A stretch of DNA of 64,000 nucleotides from Desulfatiglandales bacterium (GCA_963662465.1 OY759599.1:6272001-6336000), one strand, 5' to 3'; shown: positions 39,215-50,160, numbered from the stretch's first letter. Numbers and translations are program-made. The notes: generated by a model from the letters alone, not told the origin.

Positions 39215-40489
39215 TCATTTTTGGATCTCCTTCAGAAACTGTCTATAATATTTTGTATGAAGGGCATATGATACCATTCTTGACAAAAGGCTCGCTACTG
39301 CTGCTCCCTCAGCTCCCCACATAGGCACAAAAACAGCATTGCCAATAACATTAACTGCAGAAGCCACTAAGGACATATCCCTTTTCCATTTACCTTTTCC
39401 TTGAGCTCCAAAGAACATATTATACGGCTGATACATCCCTTGAAAAAAAGCTGCCAGCGCTAATGGCAAGATCAAGGGAACTACTGGTAAAAAGTCATCG
39501 GTGAAGAGAAAGACCACGATAAACCTTCCCAACAGTACCAAACTAACTACACCAGTGAGTAGCCACAGAAAATTTAATTGAATAACCTTTGGAGGTATCC
39601 GATCCTTATTAGCTAAACTTTTGAACAGGCTTATGGACAGTGACTGGGATAGCATCGCCAGCGGTGAGGTAATGGCATTTGATAGAGAGTAAAAACCAAG
39701 CTGGGTTGTGTTAACGAAGTAAGTGATGAAAATGCCATCCAGCTTATAAGTTGACTGATCGGCAATCTGCCCCCAGTAAAGGTGAATCCCATATTCCTTA
39801 GTTTTTAACCAAATGATTCTGAAGCTCCCCCTCAAATTGTTCAATGAAGGCTTAAAGCTATATATTATCGTTGCTACAACAATAATTGTTGCCGACAGGT
39901 TCAGCAAAATAAGCATGGTTACGCTTACACGAGCGAGATCGATCAATACGAGTAATCCAGCTACGTAGAGCACCTTCGGGATAACATTAAACAAGGAAAG
40001 ATTTGCTATTTTATTTGTTCCCCGCCCAATCTGTGGTATCAGAAGCGAAAAGGGCAGCACAATTAACAGAGGCGAAAAAATCCTCAATATGTATCTGATA
40101 TTTGTATAGAAGACCTTGTCCACAAAAAAACTTGAGATAAAGATAAACAGAGCGAAGCTGAGACCAACGCCCACGCCGATGAGGGCCAGAGCTCCTATCA
40201 ACTCCTGCTCCCGCCCTTTATCCCTCTCTTGCGCCAGGAGTAATCCACCAGCGCTGAAAAACCCAAAGCGAAAAAACAGGACGGAGAAGCCTGTTACAGT
40301 ACCAAAGAAGGCCAGCACACCATAATCCTTGGGCCCCAATATTCGGGTATTCAGTGAGCTTGCCACTATTCCAAGCACAATTAACAATATCTGCGAGGCA
40401 TACAGCGTTACGGTCTGTTTAGCAGTCTTAGAAAAGGCGTATCCTTTAAGCGCAATTACCGCTTTACTTGCTACATCTCTAATTTGCAT
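39215..40489 (-). CDS. wzx: Wzx-type oligosaccharide flippase
   Basis: RILGPKDYG, LGFYSLS, WGAEGAAVA; about 12 TMs; start placed at MQIRD. Confidence 0.82.
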   Translation of the reverse strand: MQIRDVASKAVIALKGYAFSKTAKQTVTLYASQILLIVLGIVASSLNTRILGPKDYGVLAFFGTVTGFSVLFFRFGFFSAGGLLLAQERDKGREQELIGALALIGVGVGLSFALFIFISSFFVDKVFYTNIRYILRIFSPLLIVLPFSLLIPQIGRGTNKIANLSLFNVIPKVLYVAGLLVLIDLARVSVTMLILLNLSATIIVVATIIYSFKPSLNNLRGSFRIIWLKTKEYGIHLYWGQIADQSTYKLDGIFITYFVNTTQLGFYSLSNAITSPLAMLSQSLSISLFKSLANKDRIPPKVIQLNFLWLLTGVVSLVLLGRFIVVFLFTDDFLPVVPLILPLALAAFFQGMYQPYNMFFGAQGKGKWKRDMSLVASAVNVIGNAVFVPMWGAEGAAVASLLSRMVSYALHTKYYRQFLKEIQK

Positions 40490-41673
40490 ACCTCGCTCAG
40501 ACCTTTCAACATCCATGCCTGTCCCCATCGAATATATGGGATCTTGGTCTTCCATTCAATGCCTTTTAGATTTCGAATCATGTAGTAAAAATACCCTGTC
40601 GAGTCCTGCATATTTTCACTTATCCAACGGGCCGTGTTTGCCAGATATTCCCTTCCTGACGGGAAATCCGGAGTCAGGGTTGCAGTGCATAATAAGGCCT
40701 CAGCACAGGTATGGATGTTGATAGGGTACTTGTTTTCAGGGGTAAGCTTGGGAATGGTCTTGTGCTCAAAAAAATTGGTTAGGTAAAATCGATAATACCG
40801 ATCTACTGCTCGATAAATCCTCTCTTCCCTTGTGAACTTCCAGACAGAATGTAGGCATCGAATCTCGAAACCGCTGTGGTAATGGTCAATGTGAAACTGA
40901 TTATCCTGATCTTTGCCCCAGTAGCAGAGCGACCCATCCTCATTCTGCTCACTTAATGCATAATTTACAGCCTTTGAGCCCAGCTCAACAAACTTATCAT
41001 TACCGATCTCTTTGCCCACCCTGATAAGAAACTCCGCCACGAACAAATTCGCATTATGCACGTGAAAACCATCAAGCGGCGTATAACTAAAACAGATCTT
41101 ATCTTTATCAATTTGATCAATATTGAGGTTTTGTATGAAGAAATTGCAGATACTCGTACATGTTCTTAAATATTTTCTTTCTCCTGTCAAAATGTAAAAA
41201 TTCCAATATGCGTTTCCTACAGTCGTGCTAACCACACTGGAAGGCGTCGCCTTAGGAATGAAGATGCGGGACTGCCAATCGAAGGGGTACCCCCAGCACT
41301 TGCCAGAGTATCCCACACTATAATTCTTATCAAGCCACCTGACAGTCTCTTCAGCTTTTTCCAGATAAGAACGCTTTTTAGTCACCTGATAGAGATTCAA
41401 ATACCCATCAGCAAATAATCCCATTGCCTTCGCATTGATTTCTTTCTTAACCCGGAAGATTCTCCTCAAAAGAAGAGGAGCAAATAACTCTGTTTTGAAA
41501 GTCACCTCCCTTATCATTTTCTCAAAAACAGTAGGAGTGTCGTTTCTGAAAAGAGGCAGGCCCTTCAAATCGTAAGGATCATATCCCGCCCAACCGTTAC
41601 GAGATAGCCAAGCATCCAGTTGTCCAATCGATTGGTACACCTGTTCAATCAGAGGAATAGAGGACGTTGGCAC
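40471..41673 (-). CDS. Conserved glycan-cluster protein, probable alpha/alpha-toroid fold
   Basis: GYDPYD, NAK..GL, WGYPFDWQSR, VHNAN, IDHYH, RWGQAW; recognised as a family recurrent in polysaccharide loci, function unknown. Confidence 0.65.
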   Translation of the reverse strand: MPTSSIPLIEQVYQSIGQLDAWLSRNGWAGYDPYDLKGLPLFRNDTPTVFEKMIREVTFKTELFAPLLLRRIFRVKKEINAKAMGLFADGYLNLYQVTKKRSYLEKAEETVRWLDKNYSVGYSGKCWGYPFDWQSRIFIPKATPSSVVSTTVGNAYWNFYILTGERKYLRTCTSICNFFIQNLNIDQIDKDKICFSYTPLDGFHVHNANLFVAEFLIRVGKEIGNDKFVELGSKAVNYALSEQNEDGSLCYWGKDQDNQFHIDHYHSGFEIRCLHSVWKFTREERIYRAVDRYYRFYLTNFFEHKTIPKLTPENKYPINIHTCAEALLCTATLTPDFPSGREYLANTARWISENMQDSTGYFYYMIRNLKGIEWKTKIPYIRWGQAWMLKGLSEVCKLEM

Positions 41674-41677
41674 TTCG

Positions 41678-41938
41678 TCACCTTTGGCCCAAGCGGCCTA
41701 ACAATCTCTTATTTTCGACGAATATTTTAGGAAGCATGGTTGAAAGCTCATACCCAAGGCAGGTCACAACAGCGATGATACCTGTAAATGATGCAAAAAG
41801 GGCGGCAACACCAAACGCCTCTGGCGCAAACAGCCTGGCGACGATCGGCGCGACAAGCACAGCAAGTCCCTGAGCAAAGACGCTGCCGGTAACAAGCTTT
41901 AGGACATTTCCTGCAAAGCTGGATGTTGGTTTGGACAT
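41678..41938 (-). pseudogene. Truncated Wzx flippase (N-terminal part only)
   Basis: FAGNVLKLVTGSVFAQ...ARLFAPEAFGV...GYE, then an abrupt end. Confidence 0.8.
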
Positions 41939-41942
41939 GTAA

Positions 41943-43106
41943 TTATGTTGGCTGATGAGCTGTTAAACATTGGACTATTTTCTCTGCAGCTCTGCCATCT
42001 CCATAAAGTTTAGGGCGAGGGTTGGCCGTTTTAAAAGATCTGATGGCATTTATTATGTTTTCCCTGTTTGCCCCGACTACTACATTCCAGCCCGTTTCAA
42101 CTGTCTCAACCCATTCTGTTTCTGTTCTCATTGTTATGCAGGGTACTCCGAAAAAGTATGCCTCTTTTTGCATGCCACCGGAGTCGGTGAGGATGGCTTT
42201 TGCGTTTTGCTCAAGAACGAGCATATCCAGATAACCGACGGGAGAAATACATCTTAATTTTGAATCTTTCACAAAGTCCACAGAGGTTGCTTTTAAGTCT
42301 GTAAGGCATTGTTTTGTGCGGGGGTGAACGGGAAATACGATCGGTTCTTTGATTTCGAGAAAGGCGGACAAAATACTTTGAAAGTTTTCATGTATGTCTG
42401 TGTTATATGGGCGATGGACTGTTGCCAGCAGGTATCCCTTCGGCTTCAGCCCCAGATCCTCAAGAATCGTCGATTGTCTGCGGGCAATTTCAAAAAATTG
42501 CAGGACGGCATCGTACATGGTGTCGCCGACATTAATAACCAAAGGTGAAAGGTGAAAGCTAAAAGCTGAAAGTGCCTTTTCAAAAAACCTTCTCTCAAGC
42601 AGTTTACCATCATTAATTATGTTGCTGAAACCCTCTTTTTGGAGATTTTGAACTGCCGTTTGGGAGGGACAAAAGAGTAGATCAGAACAGTGATCCGTCA
42701 GAACCCTGTTGTGTTCTTCGGGCATTCCTCTGTTAAATGATCGGAGGCCTGCTTCTACATGCGCTACCGGGATATGGAGTTTTGCCGCGGCAAGAGCGCC
42801 GGCGAGGGTGGAATTCGTGTCGCCATAAACCAGAACCCAATCCGGTTTTTCCCTGATTAGGAGTTCTTCGATCTTTTCCAACATGCGACCGGTCATTGCT
42901 CCGTGGGAAGAGCTGTTTATGCCAAGATTATAATCGGGTTTTGGGATATTCAGTTCCTTGAAGAACACATCGGACATATCGGCGTCAAAGTGCTGGCCGG
43001 TGTGGACGATGACCTCGATGATGCGATTATGTTCGACAATGGCGCGGCTGACAGGAGCTGCTTTGATGAATTGTGGCCGGGCGCCGAGTATGGTTATAAT
43101 TTTCAT
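41943..43106 (-). CDS. wecB: Non-hydrolysing UDP-GlcNAc(3NAcA) 2-epimerase (WecB/WbpI type)
   Basis: GARPQFIK, HTGQH, YGDTNST, HVEAGLRS, TDSGG, ETEW. Confidence 0.92.
   Translation of the reverse strand: MKIITILGARPQFIKAAPVSRAIVEHNRIIEVIVHTGQHFDADMSDVFFKELNIPKPDYNLGINSSSHGAMTGRMLEKIEELLIREKPDWVLVYGDTNSTLAGALAAAKLHIPVAHVEAGLRSFNRGMPEEHNRVLTDHCSDLLFCPSQTAVQNLQKEGFSNIINDGKLLERRFFEKALSAFSFHLSPLVINVGDTMYDAVLQFFEIARRQSTILEDLGLKPKGYLLATVHRPYNTDIHENFQSILSAFLEIKEPIVFPVHPRTKQCLTDLKATSVDFVKDSKLRCISPVGYLDMLVLEQNAKAILTDSGGMQKEAYFFGVPCITMRTETEWVETVETGWNVVVGANRENIINAIRSFKTANPRPKLYGDGRAAEKIVQCLTAHQPT
42541..42572 (-). repeat. Heptamer repeat (CTTTCAS)x4.5 inside the epimerase CDS
   Basis: Minus strand reads CTTTCAG CTTTTAG CTTTCAC CTTTCAC CTTT; the same motif occurs intergenically near 3148. 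Confidence 0.75.
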
Positions 43107-43161
43107 TTGTTTTCTCTCACAGAGTACTCAGGGATACAGTGGGGTGATTTTAAAAAAGGTA

Positions 43162-44754
43162 TTAAGAATTAAGGATCAGACCATCTTCGGCCTCTGTGTA
43201 TTTTTTCCCACATACTGTGCATGTTAAGTCATCGGCAAGTTTTTCTCCGCACTCGCATGCCCAGCCGATCTGTTTCCCCGGATTTCCAACGACCAAAGCG
43301 TAATCCGACGCATCTCTGTTGACGAGTGCGGCGGCTCCTATGAATGCAAACGAACCAATGGTCACGCCACAAATGATGGTGCAGTTTGCTCCCAGGGTTG
43401 CGCCGTGCTTGACCAGGGTGGGTCGTACCTGATCCATCTTCCGAATTTTGGCCCTTGGGTTGTATATATTTGTAAATACCGCAGATGGTCCACAAAAGAC
43501 CCCATCCTGAAGGGTTACCCCTTTATAAACACTCACGTTGTTCTGAATTTTGCAGCCATCCCCAATGGTCACATCCGGACCGATTACGACGTTTTGTCCT
43601 ATGTTGCAGTTCTGACCAATTTTGGACCCCGAAAGGATGTGTGAAAAATGCCAGATCTTTGTACCACTGCCTATTTCCGATCCTTTGTCAATGACCGCTG
43701 TTTCATGTGTGAAATATCCTTCAGGGGTAGTGGCGGGTTGGAGGTCGTGGGTTTCAGGTAAAGATAAGACGATTTTCATCCCAACTGCATCCAAGGACTG
43801 CTGCGCAGCATTAAGGACTTTCAGGACACTGAGGCCTTCGTTTCCATCGGTGTGCGGCCTGCTACCTGTTGAGATGCACTTTAAAAAGTGTTCGCATTCG
43901 TTACGCAGCGGTTCGGATTCATAAAGCTGTACCCTTTCTGCTTCACCCTTGACAGATAAGGGTGCATTGTTTTCCCAGTTTATCTGGTGCGAGTAGAGGA
44001 GGAGTTTATCCTTCCAGGGCAGGGTGTCGTTGAATACTGCCATCTTTTTATCGCCAACAACCACCAGCTTCTGTTCCTTGAACGGGTGCAGCCAGGAAAC
44101 AAAGATATGGGCATGGAGTCCTGAGGGAAATTCCATATGGGTGACGGTTACATCCGCGATACTTTTGTGCAGATAATTGCCGCCGGTGGCATGTACAGCT
44201 TCCGGTTCTTCACCGGCGAGAGCAAGGATCATTGAGATGTCATGAGGTGCGAATGACCAGAGGATATTTTCTTCACGGCGGATTTTTCCAAGATTCAACC
44301 TGTTTGAGTATATGTAATTGATTCTGCCGAGTTCCCCTCTCAGGGTTTTTTCTTTTAGCTTAACAAACGCCGGATGATAATGCAGCAGGTGTCCCACCAT
44401 GAGGACAAGATTTTTTTTATCGGCTAGAGCGGTAAGTTTTTTACCCTCGGTCGTATGAAGGACAAGGGGTTTTTCAACATAAACGTGTTTGCCTGTAAGC
44501 AGGGCCTCACGCGCCAGCGTATAATGTGTTTCCGCTGGAGTGGCGATAACCACGCCTTCTATTTCCTTACGGGAAAGAACGTCATTTAAGGCAAAACAGG
44601 TCTCCATACCTGGATATTGTTTTTTGAAAATGTTTAGAACTGTTTCATTTTTGTCACATACGAGTTTAAGCGCACCAAGTTCGTAGTAGTTTCGAATAAG
44701 ATTTTTTCCCCAGTAACCGCTTCCAATTACTGCAATATTTTGAGAATTCGACAT
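43162..44754 (-). CDS. Fused Gfo/Idh/MocA oxidoreductase (WbpB-like) and hexapeptide N-acetyltransferase (WbpD-like)
   Basis: GSGYWG, VEKP and APHD; C-terminal [29 protein letters not shown]. Confidence 0.9.
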   Translation of the reverse strand: MSNSQNIAVIGSGYWGKNLIRNYYELGALKLVCDKNETVLNIFKKQYPGMETCFALNDVLSRKEIEGVVIATPAETHYTLAREALLTGKHVYVEKPLVLHTTEGKKLTALADKKNLVLMVGHLLHYHPAFVKLKEKTLRGELGRINYIYSNRLNLGKIRREENILWSFAPHDISMILALAGEEPEAVHATGGNYLHKSIADVTVTHMEFPSGLHAHIFVSWLHPFKEQKLVVVGDKKMAVFNDTLPWKDKLLLYSHQINWENNAPLSVKGEAERVQLYESEPLRNECEHFLKCISTGSRPHTDGNEGLSVLKVLNAAQQSLDAVGMKIVLSLPETHDLQPATTPEGYFTHETAVIDKGSEIGSGTKIWHFSHILSGSKIGQNCNIGQNVVIGPDVTIGDGCKIQNNVSVYKGVTLQDGVFCGPSAVFTNIYNPRAKIRKMDQVRPTLVKHGATLGANCTIICGVTIGSFAFIGAAALVNRDASDYALVVGNPGKQIGWACECGEKLADDLTCTVCGKKYTEAEDGLILNS

Positions 44755-44786
44755 CTTATGCCCCTATTTCATTGTAGGATGGTGCT

Positions 44787-46141
44787 TCATTTTGTTTGTT
44801 CGAAAAGAGTCAACGGCGCACGATTTTTCTGAATAGATCTGATGAGGATATAAGGTGTAAAAAGAGCCATCCCGTATAAGAAGGGGCGAAGAGGAACTGA
44901 ATATCTGGGGAACGGAGCCCCTATCATGTGTATAAGCGTATAATAAATGAGCAGAAGAGAGCAAAACCGTGCTGTCAAAAGAGACACTTGGGTTAGATTA
45001 AGCTTTGCCTGAGGAAACCATGCCATGAAACATCCAAATAAGGTCAGCACCAATAAGGGGTAATGGAGGCTGTACATCAATCCATGGGTAACCCGAAAGA
45101 ATGTGTTGTGAAAATAAGGTGAATTCGTCACAGGATAGACAAAAACGTCACCCGATCCCTGGATGATGTCCCATGGGCCAGAATACCCTTGGCTTATCCA
45201 GCAGATACCATTTTGCGTGTCGTAAAGGTGCCCGCACAAACCGGTCCGAAATCTCCCTGATAACCGAAAATGTATCCGCTGAAATCTCTTTCGCTTTTGG
45301 ATCATACCGGTATGGAAAGCCGTGGCTTTGAGGGAGTCCCTCATACATGAAATCCGGATAGAGACCATGATGCAGAAAGTTGACCATAAGCCGATTGTCA
45401 GTGGGTGTATTCAGAGTATAAATGTTTCGCCCGATCCAGGGCAGAAACGCCAGAAAAAAGCCCACCAGCAACGTAGCCGACATTCGCACTCCCTTTCTCC
45501 AGCCGTAATGAAAAATAAAAAAGGCAAGCCAACACCAGGGAAAAGAATTGAAGGCTGGGTCTCACCAGGGAGGTGATTCCGATCACAATTCCAATAACAG
45601 CTGCAAACCAGACTGACGGCTTTTTTGCGAACAAGGTGATCAGGTATCCCAACAGGACCAGCAGAAAGCAGAAAAGGGTTTCGGTCAAAATATAGCTGTT
45701 TGAAACAATCAGATGCGGGCTGAGGGCCACCAAAAGTGCTGGGGCTAATGACCAGGGCGGAGAGAGGCATTTTTCAAAAAGGAGAAATGTAAAAAGGATT
45801 GTGAGTGTACTGATGAACACCTGCGAAAACAAAATCCAGCTAAACATTGTCCGGTTCGGTAAGCCATCGACAAAAAGGGCCAAAAACAATGGATAGCCCG
45901 GGGAACGAACTGCATCCGGCTTCACCGGAGAGTCAAGATCCTTGGGGTTGCCCACTTGGTGAGAGTAAGTATGCTTGTGCCTCAAGTTGTATGCATACAT
46001 GAAATACTGGCCTGCATCGGCACGCAGTGGTTTGATGACTTCGGTTTTTAATACGGATTCGCATCTCAGATAGAAGCCTGACACGAGAATCAATATCAGG
46101 GCAGGGAGAAGCACGAATGAACTTTTCTTATCTATTACCAT
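44787..46141 (-). pseudogene. PMT_2/GT39-like glycosyltransferase split by two +1 frameshifts (about 45515 and 45178)
   Basis: Three consecutive frames (RADAGQY..RSPGYP..TETL / PWIGRN / PRYSVPLRP) join if one T in a T6 run and one C in CCC are removed. Confidence 0.75.
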
Positions 46142-46493
46142 TCTTGTAACCGCTTACGGTTTCCTCATGATCCTTTTTGGAATTAGCAGGGTTCTTCCAA
46201 CAGCTCCGAGAATACGTTTATGTGGAAGAAAAGGTTCAAAGGGGCAGAGGCACAAAGGCACAAAGTGGAAGATTGACGTTATGATGCCGCGCCTGGCGAT
46301 GTATTCCATGTCATGGCCCTGGGAGAGCAAAGTGTCGATTTCGCCAAAATTGGCATTTCCGACAATTTCTGATGCCCTGTTTCGGCTTGAGGCCACTGTT
46401 TCCAAAATTTTCTCCTGAGGCCATCCAAGGCGGCTGTTATCAACTCAAAGTGTGCTGAGGGATGGAGGTAACAGATGAAGTTAAAACTTAATT

Positions 46494-48453
46494 GTATCCT
46501 ATTCAACCCCCCCCCACAGGATTCGGAAAATTAGGATGCAACCTTGAAGTGAAGTAACAAACAGCGGCATAATCCTACAGCATCATACGGCCGAGAGCAA
46601 TATGATTGCTGCGAAGGATGGGGTGTGAAATTCTTGTTTTAATGATTTGGTGAAGGGAACAGCTACCCGGGCTGTATCTTCTCTCTTTCAATAATCAGAT
46701 CAGATAGCGCTGGCATACTGAACTTTTTGGAAACCCTGTCGCTAATGTATTCGAAAGCGTTGACCCCCAATTTCTTGGCGGTTTGGACAATGGTGAGAAA
46801 GGCATCTTTCGCTGTTGTTCCTGCCTCGGATATCGTATGTAGGCTGACATCCTGCCTACGTTTTTCAACTCTTGCCCCCAACTCTGAATCATTGTTATGC
46901 AGTGGCAACCAGGGGTATTTCAGGACCAACAAGAGTTCGTCCTTTTTATTCCTGGTTTTTTCTATACGATCGTTTAGAGCGTCATAAATCGTTTTGGTGG
47001 AAAATAGCTCGTCGAATTCGATGGATAACTTTGCCGCTGTTTCAGGACTTGGATTCTGTTTGTATTTCAGAAGATCACCATAGAAATCCCAGAAACGTGT
47101 CTTGAAATCCTTGAGAGCATCAACACTGCATGGTACGACCGGATCCAAACGATTGTAGTGACGACCCTCATGAATCCAGCAAAGGGCCAGCTCCTCAACA
47201 ATCTTCTTAAATTGAGGCGCATCATCGGCTAGCAAAATGTCTACAATCGGAACATCTGTTTGGCGATGATAGGCGGCTATGGCAGCGGCTTCCATGATTC
47301 TGGCCTTTGTGTTTTTTCCTTTTCCTTTTTTAAAGACCTTTTGCAGCAACAGTTGCATTTCCGCTTCACATTCCTTGTCTTCGGTCAAATCCCGAAGCTG
47401 ATCGGTCACTTTCTTTGAAACCTTGAAATCCGCCATTAAACAAAATGCTTTCTGATCAAAACGGTATGTTCTTTCCCTGCCACACAGCAACAAATCAAGT
47501 ATCGTGAGACGATCTTTGCGCGGGACGGTGAAAAAGGCTGTATAATATGGATTACAGAGAATCTGTGAATAGTGGTTTTTGCCGTTAACCCTTACCGTGG
47601 TATCGTCGATTTGGTGATAAGGCGTATGCTCCAATGCAGCGCGGAAGATGTCTTTTTTCTCCTGGTTGAACCCGGTTTCATCATTGGTAAGGATTCGTGA
47701 AATAGTCGATTGTGAAATGTCTATGCCACAGTTTTCAAGCAACTCCCGAATTTTTGGCTGAGACATGTTTGCTACATATTTCAGCGTGCAAACCAGCGAT
47801 CGTATCCCGGGACCGAACTTACCAACTATCCCGGCGGGTAATTCTCCTACGTAAGTGCGTTTCTCGGAAGGTGAATAAAAGATCTCTTTTCTATATTCGA
47901 CGTTGTCTGTTGTGATCAGGATTTCCTGCACAAGGATAGGTTCATAGCCTCTATATTCGGCATCAGCGGGCAATACGGAGGGATCGACTTTACATATTTC
48001 GGTTCGATCGATTGGGATGTTTTTCTTCTTGCTTTTCGGCTTTTCCTCTTTTCCTTCTCGTTGCTTTCTGTCCTTTTCCGAGGATATGTTTTTGCTTTTA
48101 CCGCTTCCTTTTTTGCCGGGAATTTTCGGCTTGCCCTGTTCTCCTTTCAGTCTGTTGTTTTCATCGCGAAGTTTTTGGATTTCAATCTTTAACTTTTCGT
48201 TTTCTTCGCTCAATCTTTCGATAAGATTTATAAAAATGGGAAGAGCTTCGGAATGTGGTTTCTGGAGGGAACTGTCTACTCGAAAATCAATATTGTGAAG
48301 TATTTCCTTTATCTCCTGGCGGCTCATATTTTGAGCATAGCATTATCCTTATCTGTTTGTCCTTTAAAAAATGCATCTTTTTTATTTTTTTTCCCTACCT
48401 TTCTAAATCTTCTCGCACTGAATCCACGGGAGAGGGGGGCTTGAATAGGATAC
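46494..48453 (-). mobile_element. IS66-family insertion sequence, single-ORF type, 1960 bp
   Basis: TIRs begin GTATCCTATTCAA; 8-bp TSD ACTTAATT at 46486-46493 and 48454-48461. Confidence 0.92.
46663..48327 (-). CDS. IS66-family transposase
   Basis: N-terminal coiled coil, IDDT, LADD, CWIHEGRH, PLHNNDSELGAR. Confidence 0.88.
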   Translation of the reverse strand: MSRQEIKEILHNIDFRVDSSLQKPHSEALPIFINLIERLSEENEKLKIEIQKLRDENNRLKGEQGKPKIPGKKGSGKSKNISSEKDRKQREGKEEKPKSKKKNIPIDRTEICKVDPSVLPADAEYRGYEPILVQEILITTDNVEYRKEIFYSPSEKRTYVGELPAGIVGKFGPGIRSLVCTLKYVANMSQPKIRELLENCGIDISQSTISRILTNDETGFNQEKKDIFRAALEHTPYHQIDDTTVRVNGKNHYSQILCNPYYTAFFTVPRKDRLTILDLLLCGRERTYRFDQKAFCLMADFKVSKKVTDQLRDLTEDKECEAEMQLLLQKVFKKGKGKNTKARIMEAAAIAAYHRQTDVPIVDILLADDAPQFKKIVEELALCWIHEGRHYNRLDPVVPCSVDALKDFKTRFWDFYGDLLKYKQNPSPETAAKLSIEFDELFSTKTIYDALNDRIEKTRNKKDELLLVLKYPWLPLHNNDSELGARVEKRRQDVSLHTISEAGTTAKDAFLTIVQTAKKLGVNAFEYISDRVSKKFSMPALSDLIIEREKIQPG

Positions 48454-48484
48454 ACTTAATTTTTAAGATGTGATGCTAAAGCTC

Positions 48485-48742
48485 TTATTTTAATCCGGAT
48501 AGTACATCCCTGGGGCTGATTAGCCAGTGTTCTCCATTTTTGATTTTATTATTTTTGCACCATACTGCCATGATTATTTTTTTATCAGTCTGTTTGGGGA
48601 AGTTGGCGACAGATTTTGTTAACTTGCTTATTGTTGCTTTAATATTCGTTTTCTCCTCCCACTTTGCCTCGCCGAATAATAAGCGGAGGGATGGGGACAG
48701 GCTAATTATTGCTATTATTAAATCCTCCTTTTTGATTGGCAT
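48485..48742 (-). pseudogene. C-terminal relic of an archaeal-type ATPase/PD-(D/E)XK protein
   Basis: DLI...LLFGEAKW motif with no N-terminus. Confidence 0.4.
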
Positions 48743-49034
48743 ATCGAAATTCCAGGATATTCAGGTTAACATGCCATGAAAGGAGTTGTACGTTTTGAAG
48801 GTGTACAATAACAAAGGAGTATGAACATGCCCCAAATTCTTGTCAAAAACAACAGCCGAGTATCGCTGAGAATCCCGGTCGAGGACAAGGGCTTCTCGTG
48901 CGTGCAGTCGCCTTGCAACAGACTACTACACCGAATCACAAATTCCTCGGGGGTTAATAAAACTGAAATACATCCTAAATTCAAGTGATTGCTTTACACG
49001 AATACCCCACGAATTTATGATTTGCTGTACTACT

Positions 49035-49421
49035 CTGACGGATTTTGTCATCCGACATGCGGTAGAGGCGGCGAAAACGCTGATCGATCAAGCCGAGAGA
49101 TTTACGCTCAGCGAACGGGACAGCTTGCGCGTTCTCGAACTGTTGGAAAACCATCCGGCACCGAATGCGAAGCTAATGAAGGCTGCTCATGCCTTGCCTG
49201 AGCGACCGAGACCATTCCTCCCTGACATGAAAGCCGATTTCCAGGGCATGTAATCGGGACGTCTTTGACTGCGGCGACGCTTCCTTGAATGCGTTCCTGC
49301 GCCGCCATGCACGCAAGAACCATGAACGAGGCGGGGCCAAGACGTTTTTGGCCATCAAAGACGGCGACGGTAAAAGAATTCTCGGTTTCTACAGCCTCGC
49401 GCCGGCTTCAGTTGCCTATTA
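49035..49421 (+). pseudogene. TacA (DUF1778)-TacT (GNAT) toxin-antitoxin relic
   Basis: LTDFVIRHAVEAAK...LSERD...PNAKL, then RDVFDCGDASLNAFLRRHARKNH...ILGFYSL*; both truncated. Confidence 0.8.
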
Positions 49422-49577
49422 GGCTCTTTGAGGCTTCACTCAGGGAAGCATAGCCGCAAAGACCATAAGGGCATACGGTGCGTTTCCATTGCTTGGCAGC
49501 TTGGCCACCCGGCCGAAGATCACAGTGAATACCAGCATGGTCAATAAAGGCATAATAAATCATTAGGTCATGTCAAA

Positions 49578-49895
49578 CTACAGGATTTCCTGGCCGGTAC
49601 TCTTAATTTCATCAATAAGTATTCCACCTTGTGCATAGTCCTCAGGAGTAAAAGGGATGGGCTCAATCCTGCTGTCTATTCCACGTCTTAAAGGGACAAT
49701 AAGCCTTCTATCTGAATATCTGTCACCTTTAAATGAGGATGAAATAACAGCAATATCTATATCACTGTCTTCCCTTGACGTCCCTTTCATAATAGAACCA
49801 AACAACAATACTTTTTCGATAGAGATATTATTTTCTTTTAAACGTAATATATATTCTTTTATTAAATTGATGATTGAAGATTTTGAAGAAGCCAT
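49578..49895 (-). CDS. MNT (minimal nucleotidyltransferase) antitoxin-like protein
   Basis: LFGS...DSDIDIAV. Confidence 0.85.
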   Translation of the reverse strand: MASSKSSIINLIKEYILRLKENNISIEKVLLFGSIMKGTSREDSDIDIAVISSSFKGDRYSDRRLIVPLRRGIDSRIEPIPFTPEDYAQGGILIDEIKSTGQEIL

Positions 49896-50160
49896 TTCTT
49901 TAACCTCTCAATTTGTTCAAGCTTATTCTTCGTAAATTCCACGGTGCTTTTCTTATAGAATGAGAACTTATCATCCGGATACCTTGCTTCAAGGTTGAAA
50001 TCTGAGACCTTCTCAAGTAATTCCAGGTTGTCATCATTCAATTCCAGGTCGGCTTTTTCGGCAAGATATACAAGGTTGTGTGAAAATGGCGGTGTTTTAT
50101 CCTTTTTATCGGTAAAAAACGCCTTTAAGATTTTCTCAACCGTTAAATGTCCAAAAAAAT
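49862..50160 (-). pseudogene. HEPN-domain protein, 5'-truncated
   Basis: FFGHLTVEKILKA...PPFSHNL...NLEARYPD read manually; no start found. Confidence 0.75.

Noticed and set aside
46154..46490. Overlapping 75-83 aa ORFs and a GGCACAAA repeat
   Set aside because: No coherent coding signal; only two or three short repeat units.
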